Source: an uncultured Pseudomonadales bacterium
GTDB lineage: Bacteria; Pseudomonadota; Gammaproteobacteria; Pseudomonadales; Azotimanducaceae
Assembly (NCBI GenBank): GCA_938036875.1
Contig: CALHVX010000068.1
Coordinates: 17,952-81,951 of the forward strand
DNA: 64,000 nucleotides
Direction: 5' to 3'
Shown here: in pieces, positions 38,832 through 49,136 of the stretch
Layout of the letters: the number at the start of each line of letters is the position of its first letter
Numbering within the stretch: position 1 is the first letter of the stretch
The notes under the pieces: generated by a model
Seen by the model: the letters and a program-made list of their open reading frames with translations, nothing else
Database searches by the model: none
Told to the model about the DNA's origin: nothing
Made by a program: the position numbers and the translations under genes

Positions 38832-39527
38832 CTACTGAATCCCGGCGTTCGCTTGCTCAGCCGCATCCCACTGAGCTGAGTTGCGACCAAAAGGGATCAT
38901 CACGTGCTGTGCGTAGGCTGGGCGTTGGGTTAGCGCTTGGTACCATCGCTCGACGTTGGGCAACGCCGGGCGGTCAATATCCATCTCCATGTAGCGGTAG
39001 CTAAAGGTGCCCGCCGGGATATCCCCCATGGAGAAATCCTCCCCCCCCACAAAGGCATGCTTGGCCAGATGCGCATCAAGTTGGGCATACACTTTACCCA
39101 GCGCTTCGACCGCAGGCGCCACCAGCTCCGGCCGTGCTTTGCCTTCCGGCAAACGAATTTTATTCAAAAACACTTGGAAGAAATGCTGGGAGAAATCGCT
39201 GCGCGACCATTCCATCCATTGGTCTGCCAAGGCCAAGCTGTGCACATCCAACGGGCACAAGTTTGGGGTCGCCCCGGGGTTATCAGCGTAACGGCGCGCC
39301 AAGTGGCGCACGCAGGCATTGGATTCCCACAACACAAAGTCCCCATCGCGAATGGTTGGCACCACCGGGTTCGGGTTAAGTGCCGCGTACCCATCCGGCA
39401 AGCCGAACGAACCCGCAGCATCGGTCCGCTGATAGCTCAGGCCAAGCTCGCCCAAGGTCCACATAACTTTCTGTACGTTAGCCGAGTTGCGCCGGCCGAT
39501 GACTTCAATGGTGGGGGTAGTCGACAT
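38832..39527 (-). CDS. glutathione S-transferase
   Basis: N-terminal thioredoxin-like GST fold (SANVQKVMWTLGELGL, VPTI..GDFVLWESNA) and a helical C-terminal domain. Confidence 0.8.
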   Translation of the reverse strand: MSTTPTIEVIGRRNSANVQKVMWTLGELGLSYQRTDAAGSFGLPDGYAALNPNPVVPTIRDGDFVLWESNACVRHLARRYADNPGATPNLCPLDVHSLALADQWMEWSRSDFSQHFFQVFLNKIRLPEGKARPELVAPAVEALGKVYAQLDAHLAKHAFVGGEDFSMGDIPAGTFSYRYMEMDIDRPALPNVERWYQALTQRPAYAQHVMIPFGRNSAQWDAAEQANAGIQ

Positions 39528-39569
39528 CTTGGTTCTCTCTTAAGCCAGATCAGTGGCTTAAAGCCTACC

Positions 39570-39595
39570 AAAAAAAAGGGGGCCAATAGGCCCCC
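39570..39595 (-). terminator. Rho-independent terminator of glnK-amtB
   Basis: On the minus strand, GGGGGCC-TATT-GGCCCCC is followed by T8, 35 bp after the amtB stop. Confidence 0.8.
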
Positions 39596-39630
39596 CGGAG
39601 AGATCAAACATCTGATATCTAGTGCATCGC

Positions 39631-40878
39631 TTAACCGCGAGTAAACTCAGGGTAAGCTTCGACACCACATTCCGAAGCATCTGCACCTTCGTACTCTTCT
39701 TCTTCAGAGATGCGTATGCCCATAATGGCTTTGAGCGCAAACCAAACGATCAGGCTAACCCCAAAGGTCCAAGCGAAGATGGCACCCATACCTAGGAACT
39801 GCGCACCAAGGGTTGCATCGCTATTGGTGAACGCCACCGCAATCAAACCCCAAATGCCGCAAGAACCGTGAACCGAAATGGCACCTACCGGATCATCAAT
39901 ACGTAGCTTGTCGAGCAACACAATGGAGCAGACCACAAGGATACCGCCAACCGCGCCCACCAACAGGCTTGCTTCAGCTGAACCAGCCAAAGGCTCTGCA
40001 GTGATTGATACCAAACCTGCTAAGGCGCCGTTAAGTGCCATGGTGAGATCTGCTTTACCGAACCAAGCCCGTGCTAGCAACAAGGCGGCCATCAAACCGC
40101 CACAAGCGGCGATGTTGGTGTTAACAAAGACTTGCGATACCGCGTTGGCTTCATCAACGTTGCTGATCTTTAACTCAGAGCCGCCGTTAAAACCGAACCA
40201 ACCAAACCACAAGATGAACATACCTAGAGTTGCTAGCGGCATGTTGGCGCCAGGAATTGCATTGACTTGACCGTCAGGGCCGTACTTACCTTTGCGCGCA
40301 CCTAACACTAGAACCGCGGCTAACGCTGCTGCTGCACCACACATGTGCACCACACCAGAACCTGCAAAGTCTAAGAAGCCAGCTGCGTCTAGAGCACCAC
40401 CGCCCCACTTCCAAAAACCTTGAACGGGGTAGATGAAACCAGTCATTACTACTGCAAAGGCCAAGAACGCCCAGAGCTTCATCCGCTCAGCGACCGCACC
40501 AGAAACAATAGACATGGCGGTTGCGACAAATACCACCTGGAAGAAGTAGTCAGAACGAGCGGAGTAATAAGTATCACCACCAGAGGCCAGCACGGCTTCG
40601 GTTGTATTCTCATCGCCAATCAGGAACCCAAAAACGGGTATCCAAGAACCGGCACCGGCGTCACCGGGATACATAATGGCGTACCCACAGAGCAGGTACA
40701 TAATGCACGCGATGGCAAACAGCGCCACGTTCTTGGTCAGAATTTCAGAGGTATTTTTAGCGCGGACCATACCCGCTTCTAACATGGCAAACCCCGGTGC
40801 CATGAACATGACCAACGCGCCCATCATCAAAAAGTAAAACGTATCGATGGCGTAATTTGTTTGTACTAGACCTTCCAC
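39631..40878 (-). CDS. amtB: ammonium transporter
   Basis: About 11 TM segments, DFAGSGVVH and SVHGSCGIWG signature histidines, glnK immediately upstream. Confidence 0.92.
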   Translation of the reverse strand: MEGLVQTNYAIDTFYFLMMGALVMFMAPGFAMLEAGMVRAKNTSEILTKNVALFAIACIMYLLCGYAIMYPGDAGAGSWIPVFGFLIGDENTTEAVLASGGDTYYSARSDYFFQVVFVATAMSIVSGAVAERMKLWAFLAFAVVMTGFIYPVQGFWKWGGGALDAAGFLDFAGSGVVHMCGAAAALAAVLVLGARKGKYGPDGQVNAIPGANMPLATLGMFILWFGWFGFNGGSELKISNVDEANAVSQVFVNTNIAACGGLMAALLLARAWFGKADLTMALNGALAGLVSITAEPLAGSAEASLLVGAVGGILVVCSIVLLDKLRIDDPVGAISVHGSCGIWGLIAVAFTNSDATLGAQFLGMGAIFAWTFGVSLIVWFALKAIMGIRISEEEEYEGADASECGVEAYPEFTRG

Positions 40879-40946
40879 AATCTTGTCTCCAATTTTTTAG
40901 TTTTCTTTGCAGCTAACGGCCGCTCGCGCGCCGTTAGCTGGTGGGG

Positions 40947-41363
<417 letters not shown>

Positions 41364-41615
41364 CTAAGATTGTCGCTTAATCAAAGCCGCTTCGACACTG
41401 CAATCCGAAACTAGCCCAATCAAACTCGCTATGAGTTCTCACCAATGACATATCAGGTTTCGTGCCAGCTTTTGTAACCAGTCTTTTAGCGGCCGCCGAA
41501 ACCTCGCCAAAAAACAAATTGGGTATATATATCAACTAGTTGAAGACATTTAGGCCGCGAGAAAAATCGATAGCGGCAGCCGGTAGCAAGCACAGATCCG
41601 ATCGGACAATCCACA

Positions 41616-41668
41616 CGCACCAATTTGGTGACCTGGGTTGCACCAAATTTACGCACCGAATTGGTGCG
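41616..41668. promoter_or_regulatory. cluster of NtrC-type enhancer sites upstream of glnK
   Basis: GCACC-N5-GGTG (41616-41632), TGCACC-N5-TACGCA (41639-41655), and perfect GCACC-N5-GGTGC (41652-41668), compared with consensus TGCACC-N5-GGTGCA. Confidence 0.55.
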
Positions 41669-41815
41669 TTATATACTGATCCTAAGGGCTAAAACTCAGG
41701 CGCCAGCACCTAGTTGAGGCAAAAGAGCACAGCGACCCACGCGCTTGACCATCGCTTTCAACACACAGCTCCCTGACAATAAGCGCCTCTAAACCAGCAC
41801 CAAGAGCATTACTCA

Positions 41816-42034
41816 ATGACAACAGCCAACCCCTTAGAAGCCTTGCTCGAGCGTATTCGCGGTATTGCAGGAGACGCCACCACCGAGCGTCTATTGCCCG
41901 ACCTCAGCCAGTTTTTTGAGCAGTTCGAATTGGTCCCAAAAGCCACCTTCGATAACCACTTAACCGCATTGCGCGATCTCAACGCCCAGGTGCAGTTACT
42001 AGAGGAGCGCCTAGCAGAGCTAGAAAGCCGCTAA
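41816..42034 (+). CDS. ubiK: ubiquinone biosynthesis accessory factor UbiK (YqiC/BMFP family)
   Basis: 72-aa coiled coil. FELVPKATFDNHLTALRDLNAQVQLLEERLAELE parallels YqiC LDLVSREEFDVQ...LLEQRISELE. Upstream of comM, as in other gammaproteobacteria. Confidence 0.65.
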   Translation: MTTANPLEALLERIRGIAGDATTERLLPDLSQFFEQFELVPKATFDNHLTALRDLNAQVQLLEERLAELESR

Positions 42035-42035
42035 G

Positions 42036-43691
42036 GTGGCAGACTCGGCTATCGCAAGCCGGGGCTTGCTTGGCATGGAAGCCCCGGCCGTTACGGTCGA
42101 AACTCACCTACCCGGTGGTCTACCCGGCTTCACCTTGGTGGGCCTGCCAGAGACCGCGGTGCGCGAAGCCCGGGACAGGGTCAAAAGCGCGCTGCAAAAC
42201 TGTGGCTTCGACTTTCCTAGCGGTCGGGTTGTCGTCAACTTGGCGCCCGCAGACTTAGTCAAAGAGGGCGCTCGATACGACTTAGCCATTGCTGTCAGCA
42301 TCTTGTGCGCCACCAAACAAGTGCCTTACGCCAAAGCCAGCCGCTACGAGTACGTGGGTGAGCTGAGCCTCTATGGTGATGTCCGCTCGGTGCGCGGTGT
42401 GCTGGGTGCCCTGCAAGGCTTGCAGCAGGCAAACTCCTCTCGTCGCCTGGTTGCACCTACCGACAATGCCGCAGAAGCGGCATTGCAAAGTAGCGAAGCG
42501 CTGTTGGCCATTAACCATCTATCGCGTCTCCAGGACTTACTCAAAGAACCTGAACCTTTTGTAGTCAACAGCGAAACCAAGCTTGAGCACCCCAACACCA
42601 ACACCAAGATCAAGACCAACGCCAACGCTCAAAACAACCATCAAGTAAACCTCGACCAAGTGGTAGGCCAAGAAAGTGCCAAGCGGGCACTGGTGGTTGC
42701 AGCCGCTGGCGGCCATCATCTATTGATGGTTGGGCCACCAGGCTCTGGCAAAACCATGCTGGCGCGATGCCTGCAAAATTTGCTGCCGCCGCTCAACGAT
42801 AATCGCGCATTAGAGGTGGGCGCTATCTACTCCGCCGCTGGGCTCACGGCCGATCACGCCAGCGCCCCGTTTCGCGAGCCACATCATTCCGCCTCCGCCG
42901 TGGCTATGGCGGGCGGAGGCTCCAAAGGACATGCGCAACCCGGTGAGATATCGCTAGCGCACAACGGCGTGCTATTTCTCGATGAAATGCCCCACTTCAA
43001 ACCCAGCGTGTTAGATCTGCTGCGTGAGCCAATGAGCAACGGCTACATCAGCATTGCACGAGCGCGCAGCCAAACTCAGTTTCCCGCACGGTTCCAACTG
43101 CTAGCCGCTATGAACCCTTGTCCCGCCGGCTTAACCTGCAGCCAACAAAGCTGCCGTTGCACGCTCACCAAAGTTCGGCACTACCAAAATCGTATCTCTG
43201 GGCCGCTGCTCGATCGCATCGACTTGCAACTATCCGTGCCCGCGGTACCAGCAAGCGCGCTACTCAACGCACTAGCAAAGGCCGGTGATCAACGCGCAGA
43301 ACCGAAGGTAACATCCGCCGGACCCACCGCAGCGCAGGCTCGTGTCCAAGTGCAACAAGCCCAGCAGCGCCAACTAGAGCGGCAGGGATGCTTGAACGCG
43401 GAGATCGGACCAACCAGGGCGCTTCCGCCTGGCCACAGACAAACTGAGCTCGAACATCATGAGCAAGCGACGGGCAAAGGGCTATCGCTGGCCGCGAGCG
43501 CAGTACCATTGATGCAGCAGGCGATTGAACGCTTACAGCTTTCCGCTAGAGGGTATGAACGGACCTTGCGCGTCGCCCAGACCATCGCGGATCTGGACAA
43601 TGCAGAGACAATCAGCGAAGCAGCGCTGAGCGAAGCGCTGGCTTACCGTGGGCTAGATTGGGGCAACCAGTTGGGTATGCTGGGCGCCTAG
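42036..43691 (+). CDS. comM: YifB/ComM family Mg-chelatase-like AAA+ ATPase
   Basis: N-terminal Lon-like domain (VETHLPGGLPGFTLVGLPE), Walker A MVGPPGSGKTM, GVLFLDE, and LLDRIDL. Start is GTG. Contains a low-complexity Asn/Thr/Lys insertion around 42580-42650. Confidence 0.85.
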   Translation: MADSAIASRGLLGMEAPAVTVETHLPGGLPGFTLVGLPETAVREARDRVKSALQNCGFDFPSGRVVVNLAPADLVKEGARYDLAIAVSILCATKQVPYAKASRYEYVGELSLYGDVRSVRGVLGALQGLQQANSSRRLVAPTDNAAEAALQSSEALLAINHLSRLQDLLKEPEPFVVNSETKLEHPNTNTKIKTNANAQNNHQVNLDQVVGQESAKRALVVAAAGGHHLLMVGPPGSGKTMLARCLQNLLPPLNDNRALEVGAIYSAAGLTADHASAPFREPHHSASAVAMAGGGSKGHAQPGEISLAHNGVLFLDEMPHFKPSVLDLLREPMSNGYISIARARSQTQFPARFQLLAAMNPCPAGLTCSQQSCRCTLTKVRHYQNRISGPLLDRIDLQLSVPAVPASALLNALAKAGDQRAEPKVTSAGPTAAQARVQVQQAQQRQLERQGCLNAEIGPTRALPPGHRQTELEHHEQATGKGLSLAASAVPLMQQAIERLQLSARGYERTLRVAQTIADLDNAETISEAALSEALAYRGLDWGNQLGMLGA

Positions 43692-43698
43692 CAAACGG

Positions 43699-44226
43699 CT
43701 ATTGGCCGCCCGCTAACATGTAGTCTAGAACTTCACGCAGCTCGTCATCCGAGCAACCCATGCAGGTGCCTTTGGCAGGCATAGCGCCAATACCGTTGAT
43801 CAGGCTATCCCACAAAGTATCCATGCCTTTGCCCTGGCGTTCGGTCCAAGCCACTTGGTCATCAAGCTTAGGAGCGCCGCCCACACCGGTGGTGTGGCAA
43901 GCAAAACAGAACTTGTCATAAACCTGGGAGCCACTCATGGGACCCGTGGAGACGGCGGCGGCCGCTTGCCCACAGTCATCGCCGGCCCGGCAAACTGTGC
44001 CAAAAGGTTCTAGCCGCGTACGGATCTCGTCTGTGGTCCCTGAAGGCACCGCATTTGTGGTCACCGCAAAGCCAATGGCAAATAACACCGCTGCCACACG
44101 GGTCCAGCTGTTCCGTGAAAAGGATTTTCGGGATCCAAGTCTTGTTTGTTTCTGACCTATCAAAATCAACCACTCCAAATTGCGGCGCGCAGTATATCGG
44201 CTTCGTTGGGTAGCGTCGAACGGCAC
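43699..44226 (-). CDS. membrane-anchored cytochrome c5-type monohaem cytochrome
   Basis: Single CFACH haem motif, AMP Met-ligand region, and a C-terminal CMGC cysteine pair typical of c5. The start is uncertain (ATG 44226, or an internal GTG before the anchor). Confidence 0.7.
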   Translation of the reverse strand: MPFDATQRSRYTARRNLEWLILIGQKQTRLGSRKSFSRNSWTRVAAVLFAIGFAVTTNAVPSGTTDEIRTRLEPFGTVCRAGDDCGQAAAAVSTGPMSGSQVYDKFCFACHTTGVGGAPKLDDQVAWTERQGKGMDTLWDSLINGIGAMPAKGTCMGCSDDELREVLDYMLAGGQ

Positions 44227-44450
44227 TATCCGCCCGTTCCAACGCCCACCTTCTAAAGCTTAGCACCTCCAGGCGAATATCCGCGGGTGAACTGCGCAGA
44301 CCTGCCCTATTTGCCGGTTCAAGCAGGCGGCGGAGCGCTTCAGCGCCTCAATAAGCCAGTTCAGCCGCCATATAGTCAACATATTTGCAGCTCAAGGTTG
44401 GCCTGCGCTGGGCGGATGGACCGACACTAGATTCTGCGAAGACCGGGCGC

Positions 44451-46130
44451 CTATCCGGGTGCTACCTGCCACTTGAGGGTGCGCCCAGCGCTGACGCAAA
44501 ACAACAGGTCGCCAACCAGCATCACTTTGACATCGTAGTCCGCTGTGCTCCCGTCAGCAAAACCTAGGCTAGCCACCAGGCGGTTGTTGCTCCAACTCAC
44601 CTGCTCTAGCCGATACTGTTCATCCATTGCTTGTACACTTTGCCCAGCCACGGACACCCGGTGCTCCTGCTTACGCTTGCCCCGCCCTTCGGTGAGCAAC
44701 AGCGTAAAACTGTCTTGGGTTGGTGGGGCCTGGGTTTGCATGGCGCGATAACCCAACGCGGCCAGCACTATAAGTTCCGGCACCACCGGGGGAACCAACT
44801 GCGCGTGTTCAACTGCCAAGCTTGTCGTGGTGTACTGTCCGCCCACAAAGTCTGGGTGTTGCAGAATCTGGATGAGATAACCTAGGTTGTGCTCAATGCC
44901 AACAATCTCCGTACGCTGCAGCGCCTCCAACAACTGCAACCTTGCTGCTTCACGATCCACTCCATGCGCCACCACTTTAGCAATCATTGGGTCGTAAAAA
45001 GGGCTAACCGCATCGCCACTAACAACACCCGTATCAACGCGAACGGTATCCGGGAACTGAACATGATGCAGAGGCCCGCTGGAAGGCAGGAACCTTTTGC
45101 TAGGGTTCTCAGCGTAAATCCGCGCCTCTAGCGCATGGCCTAACAAGCCAACGTCTTGTTGTTGCAAGGTCAGGGCTTCACCGGCCGCAATACGCAACTG
45201 CCAAGCCACAAGGTCCAATCCAGTAATGGCTTCGGTTACCGGGTGCTCCACCTGCAAGCGCGTATTCATCTCCATGAAGAAGAAACGGTCATCTTCACAA
45301 ATGAACTCAATAGTGCCTGCGCCGCAGTAATCAATGGCCGCTGCCGCTTGCACCGCTGCTGCACCCAAGCGCGCGCGCAACGCGGGGCTAACCGTTGGGC
45401 CTGGCGCTTCTTCCAGCACCTTTTGGTGACGCCGTTGCATCGAGCAGTCACGCTCGTGCAAATGTAACGTGGTGCCTTGGCCATCCGCCAAAATCTGCAC
45501 CTCCAAATGTTTTGGCGCGGTCAGGTAACGCTCGAGCAACACCTGCTCGTCACCAAAGGCAGCCAAAGCTTCCCGTCGGGCGGACGCCAAGGCATCCGCA
45601 AACTCTGAAGCCTGGGTGACTATGCGCATACCCTTGCCACCGCCACCGGCAGAAGCTTTGATCAACAAAGGGAAACCTACCAGCAATGCTTGTCGCTCTA
45701 GCTCTGCGTCACTTTGATCTGCTCCCTGGTAGCCTGGCACTACCGGCGTGCCAGCCGCCGCCACCCTGTTTTTAGCCGCAATTTTAGAGCCCATCAGCGC
45801 TATAGACTCGGCGCTAGGACCGACAAAAATTAGGCCTGCAGCAACGCAGGCCCTAGCAAACGCGGGGTTTTCGGATAGAAAGCCATAACCTGGGTGCACC
45901 GCCTGAGCTCCGCTGCGACGCGCCACATCGATCAGCTTGTGGATATCTAGGTAGCTTTCGTTGGCTGGGTTAGCACCAATGGCGTAGGCCTCATCCGCTT
46001 GCAACACGTGCTGGGCTTGGGCATCTACCTCGGAGTAAACCGCAATAGTACGAACGCCTAGAGCCCGCGCGCTGCGCATAATGCGGCACGCAATTTCACC
46101 TCGGTTAGCGACCAGCAAAGATTCGAACAT
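44451..46130 (-). CDS. biotin carboxylase domain protein (acyl-CoA carboxylase alpha-subunit-like) lacking the biotinyl carrier domain
   Basis: Complete ATP-grasp BC region (VANRGEIACRI, GYGFLSEN, ASAGGGGKGMRIV, EMNTRLQVEHPVTE) plus about 110 aa of linker. It stops at 559 aa with no AMKM motif. Confidence 0.8.
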   Translation of the reverse strand: MFESLLVANRGEIACRIMRSARALGVRTIAVYSEVDAQAQHVLQADEAYAIGANPANESYLDIHKLIDVARRSGAQAVHPGYGFLSENPAFARACVAAGLIFVGPSAESIALMGSKIAAKNRVAAAGTPVVPGYQGADQSDAELERQALLVGFPLLIKASAGGGGKGMRIVTQASEFADALASARREALAAFGDEQVLLERYLTAPKHLEVQILADGQGTTLHLHERDCSMQRRHQKVLEEAPGPTVSPALRARLGAAAVQAAAAIDYCGAGTIEFICEDDRFFFMEMNTRLQVEHPVTEAITGLDLVAWQLRIAAGEALTLQQQDVGLLGHALEARIYAENPSKRFLPSSGPLHHVQFPDTVRVDTGVVSGDAVSPFYDPMIAKVVAHGVDREAARLQLLEALQRTEIVGIEHNLGYLIQILQHPDFVGGQYTTTSLAVEHAQLVPPVVPELIVLAALGYRAMQTQAPPTQDSFTLLLTEGRGKRKQEHRVSVAGQSVQAMDEQYRLEQVSWSNNRLVASLGFADGSTADYDVKVMLVGDLLFCVSAGRTLKWQVAPG

Positions 46131-46156
46131 GTAAACGCCTTAGCTCAAGTGCCGGG

Positions 46157-47509
46157 CTAGTTTGGCACCGGGCTTTCATCGCTGTCTATTGTCTCAACCA
46201 TCTGCCCTGACTCAAGGCTTTGCCGGTTTAACCCTTGGGTTGCCAACATCAGCGCACCCAATCCAATCAACAACAAACCGGTACCCGTAAGCATGGCTAG
46301 ATCCTCTAGTTGCAACAGCACATACAAAACCCAATACAACAAGGCTTCTACCGCAACAAACATCAACGCAACCTTAGCCGTTCGCGTAATGCTCCAAGCG
46401 TAGCCGCCCAACATCAGCAAAATAACACCGGTAGCCAATCCATAAGCCAAGCCAAAACTCATGTGTTCAGTGAGCGACAGCAGCGTTAGGTAAAACAAGG
46501 CCAGGGCCAAGCCAACCACAGCATATTGAACTAGATGAAAGCGCACACCCGACAACAGCTCAAAGCACACCGCGGTCAAAAAGGTTAACCCAATAAAGAG
46601 CAAGCCGTACTTTATCCCTCGGTCTACTGTGGTGTAGCTGGTTACCGGCTCGTACAACCCGACCGCAGCAGACAAGTTGTGTAAGGACGCACTTTGATTG
46701 CTATACGTGAACTGCTTAGGTACCCCGCGTGCCAACGCGCTCACCGACCAACTGGCGCTGAAACCATCAGCCCCAATCTCGCGATGCTGGGGCAAAAAAT
46801 TTCCGGCAAAGCTTGGGTGTGGCCAAGTGGATTGCATCTTAAGCTCGGTTTGGTCTGCCAAGGGTGCAATAGCAAAACGTTCGGTGCCCCCCAACTCTAA
46901 CTCAAACTCAAATGTACCTTGTGAATCCCGCGCCTGGGTTAGGTCGATGCTGCTATGCACCCCAGCCCCAATCCAAGACACACCGGAGCCTGGCTCCAGA
47001 CTTAGGCTCTCTCCATCTAAAATGCCCTGCGCACTGCGGATAGCACGGGTATCTGAAATACCCATAACGAGCTTCGCTTGCGCCCAATGCACTTGGCGAT
47101 GGGCAGCAGCAATGTCCGCACGAGCCAGTGCGCCTAACTGTCCTTGCAGGCTGATCTGAGCGGTATAAACGGGCACCGAGTAAATGCCCCGTTTACGGAA
47201 ATCATGGGTGATGGAGGTATTGGCGTTTAACACCGCGGGGAGCACCACGTGGCTGACCTCCACCAACCGTTGCCGCGGCTTGCCATCGTCGTCCATATAG
47301 GTGTGCGCATCCACCGCCGGAATCACCAGCACCGGTCCGATCAACGATTGCTCTCGCCCCCAACTTTGACCAATGTTTGCCACCACCTCGCGGTAGTAAC
47401 GTTGACGTTCATCTGCCACCCCATCCACAAACAGCAGGGGTACCAACAAACCTAACGCCACCAGGGCAATGAACAAAAAACGAAGGGACAAACGGTTAGC
47501 TTCTCGCAC
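46157..47509 (-). CDS. creD: cell envelope integrity protein CreD
   Basis: STWPHPSFAGNFLPQHREIGADGFSASW matches E. coli CreD SNWPHPSFLGDFLPAKREVSESGFQAHW. Same length (450 aa) and TM layout. Confidence 0.88.
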   Translation of the reverse strand: MREANRLSLRFLFIALVALGLLVPLLFVDGVADERQRYYREVVANIGQSWGREQSLIGPVLVIPAVDAHTYMDDDGKPRQRLVEVSHVVLPAVLNANTSITHDFRKRGIYSVPVYTAQISLQGQLGALARADIAAAHRQVHWAQAKLVMGISDTRAIRSAQGILDGESLSLEPGSGVSWIGAGVHSSIDLTQARDSQGTFEFELELGGTERFAIAPLADQTELKMQSTWPHPSFAGNFLPQHREIGADGFSASWSVSALARGVPKQFTYSNQSASLHNLSAAVGLYEPVTSYTTVDRGIKYGLLFIGLTFLTAVCFELLSGVRFHLVQYAVVGLALALFYLTLLSLTEHMSFGLAYGLATGVILLMLGGYAWSITRTAKVALMFVAVEALLYWVLYVLLQLEDLAMLTGTGLLLIGLGALMLATQGLNRQSLESGQMVETIDSDESPVPN

Positions 47510-47650
47510 GGGCGCTCCTCAGCAGGGCTATCAATCACTAAACCACTGTAGAGGGAACACTGGAGTTTTTCGTCCCGCTTAGGTGCGCGGCGCGCGCAAA
47601 TAGCAACTCAAGATGTGCAGATAACGTGCAGCTTTGAGGTTTTTCCTAGC

Positions 47651-49042
47651 TTACTGTTTCGCCAACCAAGCTTCGGTTGCTGCCAGTGCTTTGCCAAACT
47701 TATCGAACAGCTCGTGCACTTGGCTTTCTGAGATCACCAACGGCGGGCAGAACGCAATGGAATCGCCTAAGGCGCGAATAATCAGCCCCTCCTCCAACGC
47801 AAAAGCCATAAGTTGCGCCCCCACCCCTTGGCTTGGCGCAAACGGCTGCTTGGTTTCTTTATCTGCTCGCAACTCTATAGCGCCAATCAAACCAACACCG
47901 CGGGTATCACCCACCAACGGGTGGTCGGCATAGCTGTGCAAACGCTGCTGAAACACCTCACCCATTTTGGCCGCATGGCAGAACAGATCACGCTCTTCCA
48001 TTAGCTCTAAGTTACGTAGCGCCACCGCTGCACAGACAGGGTGACCCGAGTAGGTAAATCCATGACCAAAGTTGCCTAGCTCCGCAGACATCCCAACAAA
48101 GGACTCATACATAAACTCAGGCAGCAACACCGCTGACATCGGCAAGTAGGCCGAACTCAAGGCTTTAGCTAGGCTCATGGTGGTTGGCTTGATGTTCATG
48201 GTCTGCGCACCAAAGGGTGCGCCCGTGCGCCCAAAGCCACAAATGACTTCATCATCGATAAACAAAATGTCGTTGGCTGCTAGCAGCGCTTGCACTTTCT
48301 CGTAGTAACCCGGCGGCGGCACGATCACCCCACCCGCTCCCAACACCGGCTCCGCAATAAAGGCAGCAATGGTATCTGCGCCTTCTTTGGCAATCATGGC
48401 AGCCAAGTTCCCCACAATTCGATCCACAAACTCTGCCTCGGTTTCACCCGCTAACCCCTCGCCGTAGTAAAAGGGGCAGTCAGTATGCAAAACGCCAGCA
48501 ATAGGCAGATCAAAGTGTTTGTGAAACGCTGGCAAACCAGTGAGCGAGCCGCTAGCAATGGTCACACCGTGGTAACCCCGCATGCGGCTAATAATTTTCT
48601 TTTTTTCGGGCTTGCCGATAGCGTTGTGGTAGTACCACATCAACTTCATTTGCGTGTCGTTTGCGTCGCTACCAGAGGACCCGTAGAACACTCGACCTGC
48701 ATCCATGGGTGCCATGGACTTCAACTTCTCTGCCAACAACACGCTGGGCTCGTTGGTTTTGCTGCCAAAGAGTTGAGAGTAATTTAGTACCTTCATCTGC
48801 TCTTGCGCCACACGCGCCAACTCCGGCTCACCGTAGCCCAGCGCCGTGCACCACAAACCAGCCATGCCTTCTAAATACTGTTTGCCATGGTTATCCCAAA
48901 GATAAACACCTTTGGCTCGAGTGTGCACTGCAGGACCATGCTTGTGATGATTGGTTAAGTTGGTGGTGGGATGCAGTAAGTGAGCAAGATCTTTAGCCTC
49001 GATGGAATCCGGCGCAAATTCGTTGTGCAGCAAATCGGCCAT
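47651..49042 (-). CDS. class III (omega-amino acid:pyruvate-type) aminotransferase
   Basis: [19 protein letters not shown], and the [11 protein letters not shown]-lysine region. ATG at 49042 (MADLLH...) is likely, and ATG 49072 is also possible. Confidence 0.85.
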   Translation of the reverse strand: MADLLHNEFAPDSIEAKDLAHLLHPTTNLTNHHKHGPAVHTRAKGVYLWDNHGKQYLEGMAGLWCTALGYGEPELARVAQEQMKVLNYSQLFGSKTNEPSVLLAEKLKSMAPMDAGRVFYGSSGSDANDTQMKLMWYYHNAIGKPEKKKIISRMRGYHGVTIASGSLTGLPAFHKHFDLPIAGVLHTDCPFYYGEGLAGETEAEFVDRIVGNLAAMIAKEGADTIAAFIAEPVLGAGGVIVPPPGYYEKVQALLAANDILFIDDEVICGFGRTGAPFGAQTMNIKPTTMSLAKALSSAYLPMSAVLLPEFMYESFVGMSAELGNFGHGFTYSGHPVCAAVALRNLELMEERDLFCHAAKMGEVFQQRLHSYADHPLVGDTRGVGLIGAIELRADKETKQPFAPSQGVGAQLMAFALEEGLIIRALGDSIAFCPPLVISESQVHELFDKFGKALAATEAWLAKQ

Positions 49043-49136
49043 TGGGCGCTCCGCAGGTTGGTTTGTAGGCAAGCTAAACCAACCCTAGGAGAATTGCTAG
49101 CCGCACTCTTAACGGGCTCGCAACTTAAGCCACAGC

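Noticed and set aside
41453-41467. Sigma-54 promoter call for glnK
   Set aside because: The -24 TGGCAC is perfect, but the -12 element reads CTGA instead of TTGC. This is too weak to list as a feature, so it is mentioned only within the NtrC finding.
44227-44450. Search for a frameshifted biotinyl (AMKM) domain remnant downstream of the truncated biotin carboxylase
   Set aside because: None of the three minus-strand frames encodes a Met-Lys-Met motif or a BCCP-like sequence, and 224 bp is barely enough for one. I therefore report the gene as truncated rather than frameshifted.
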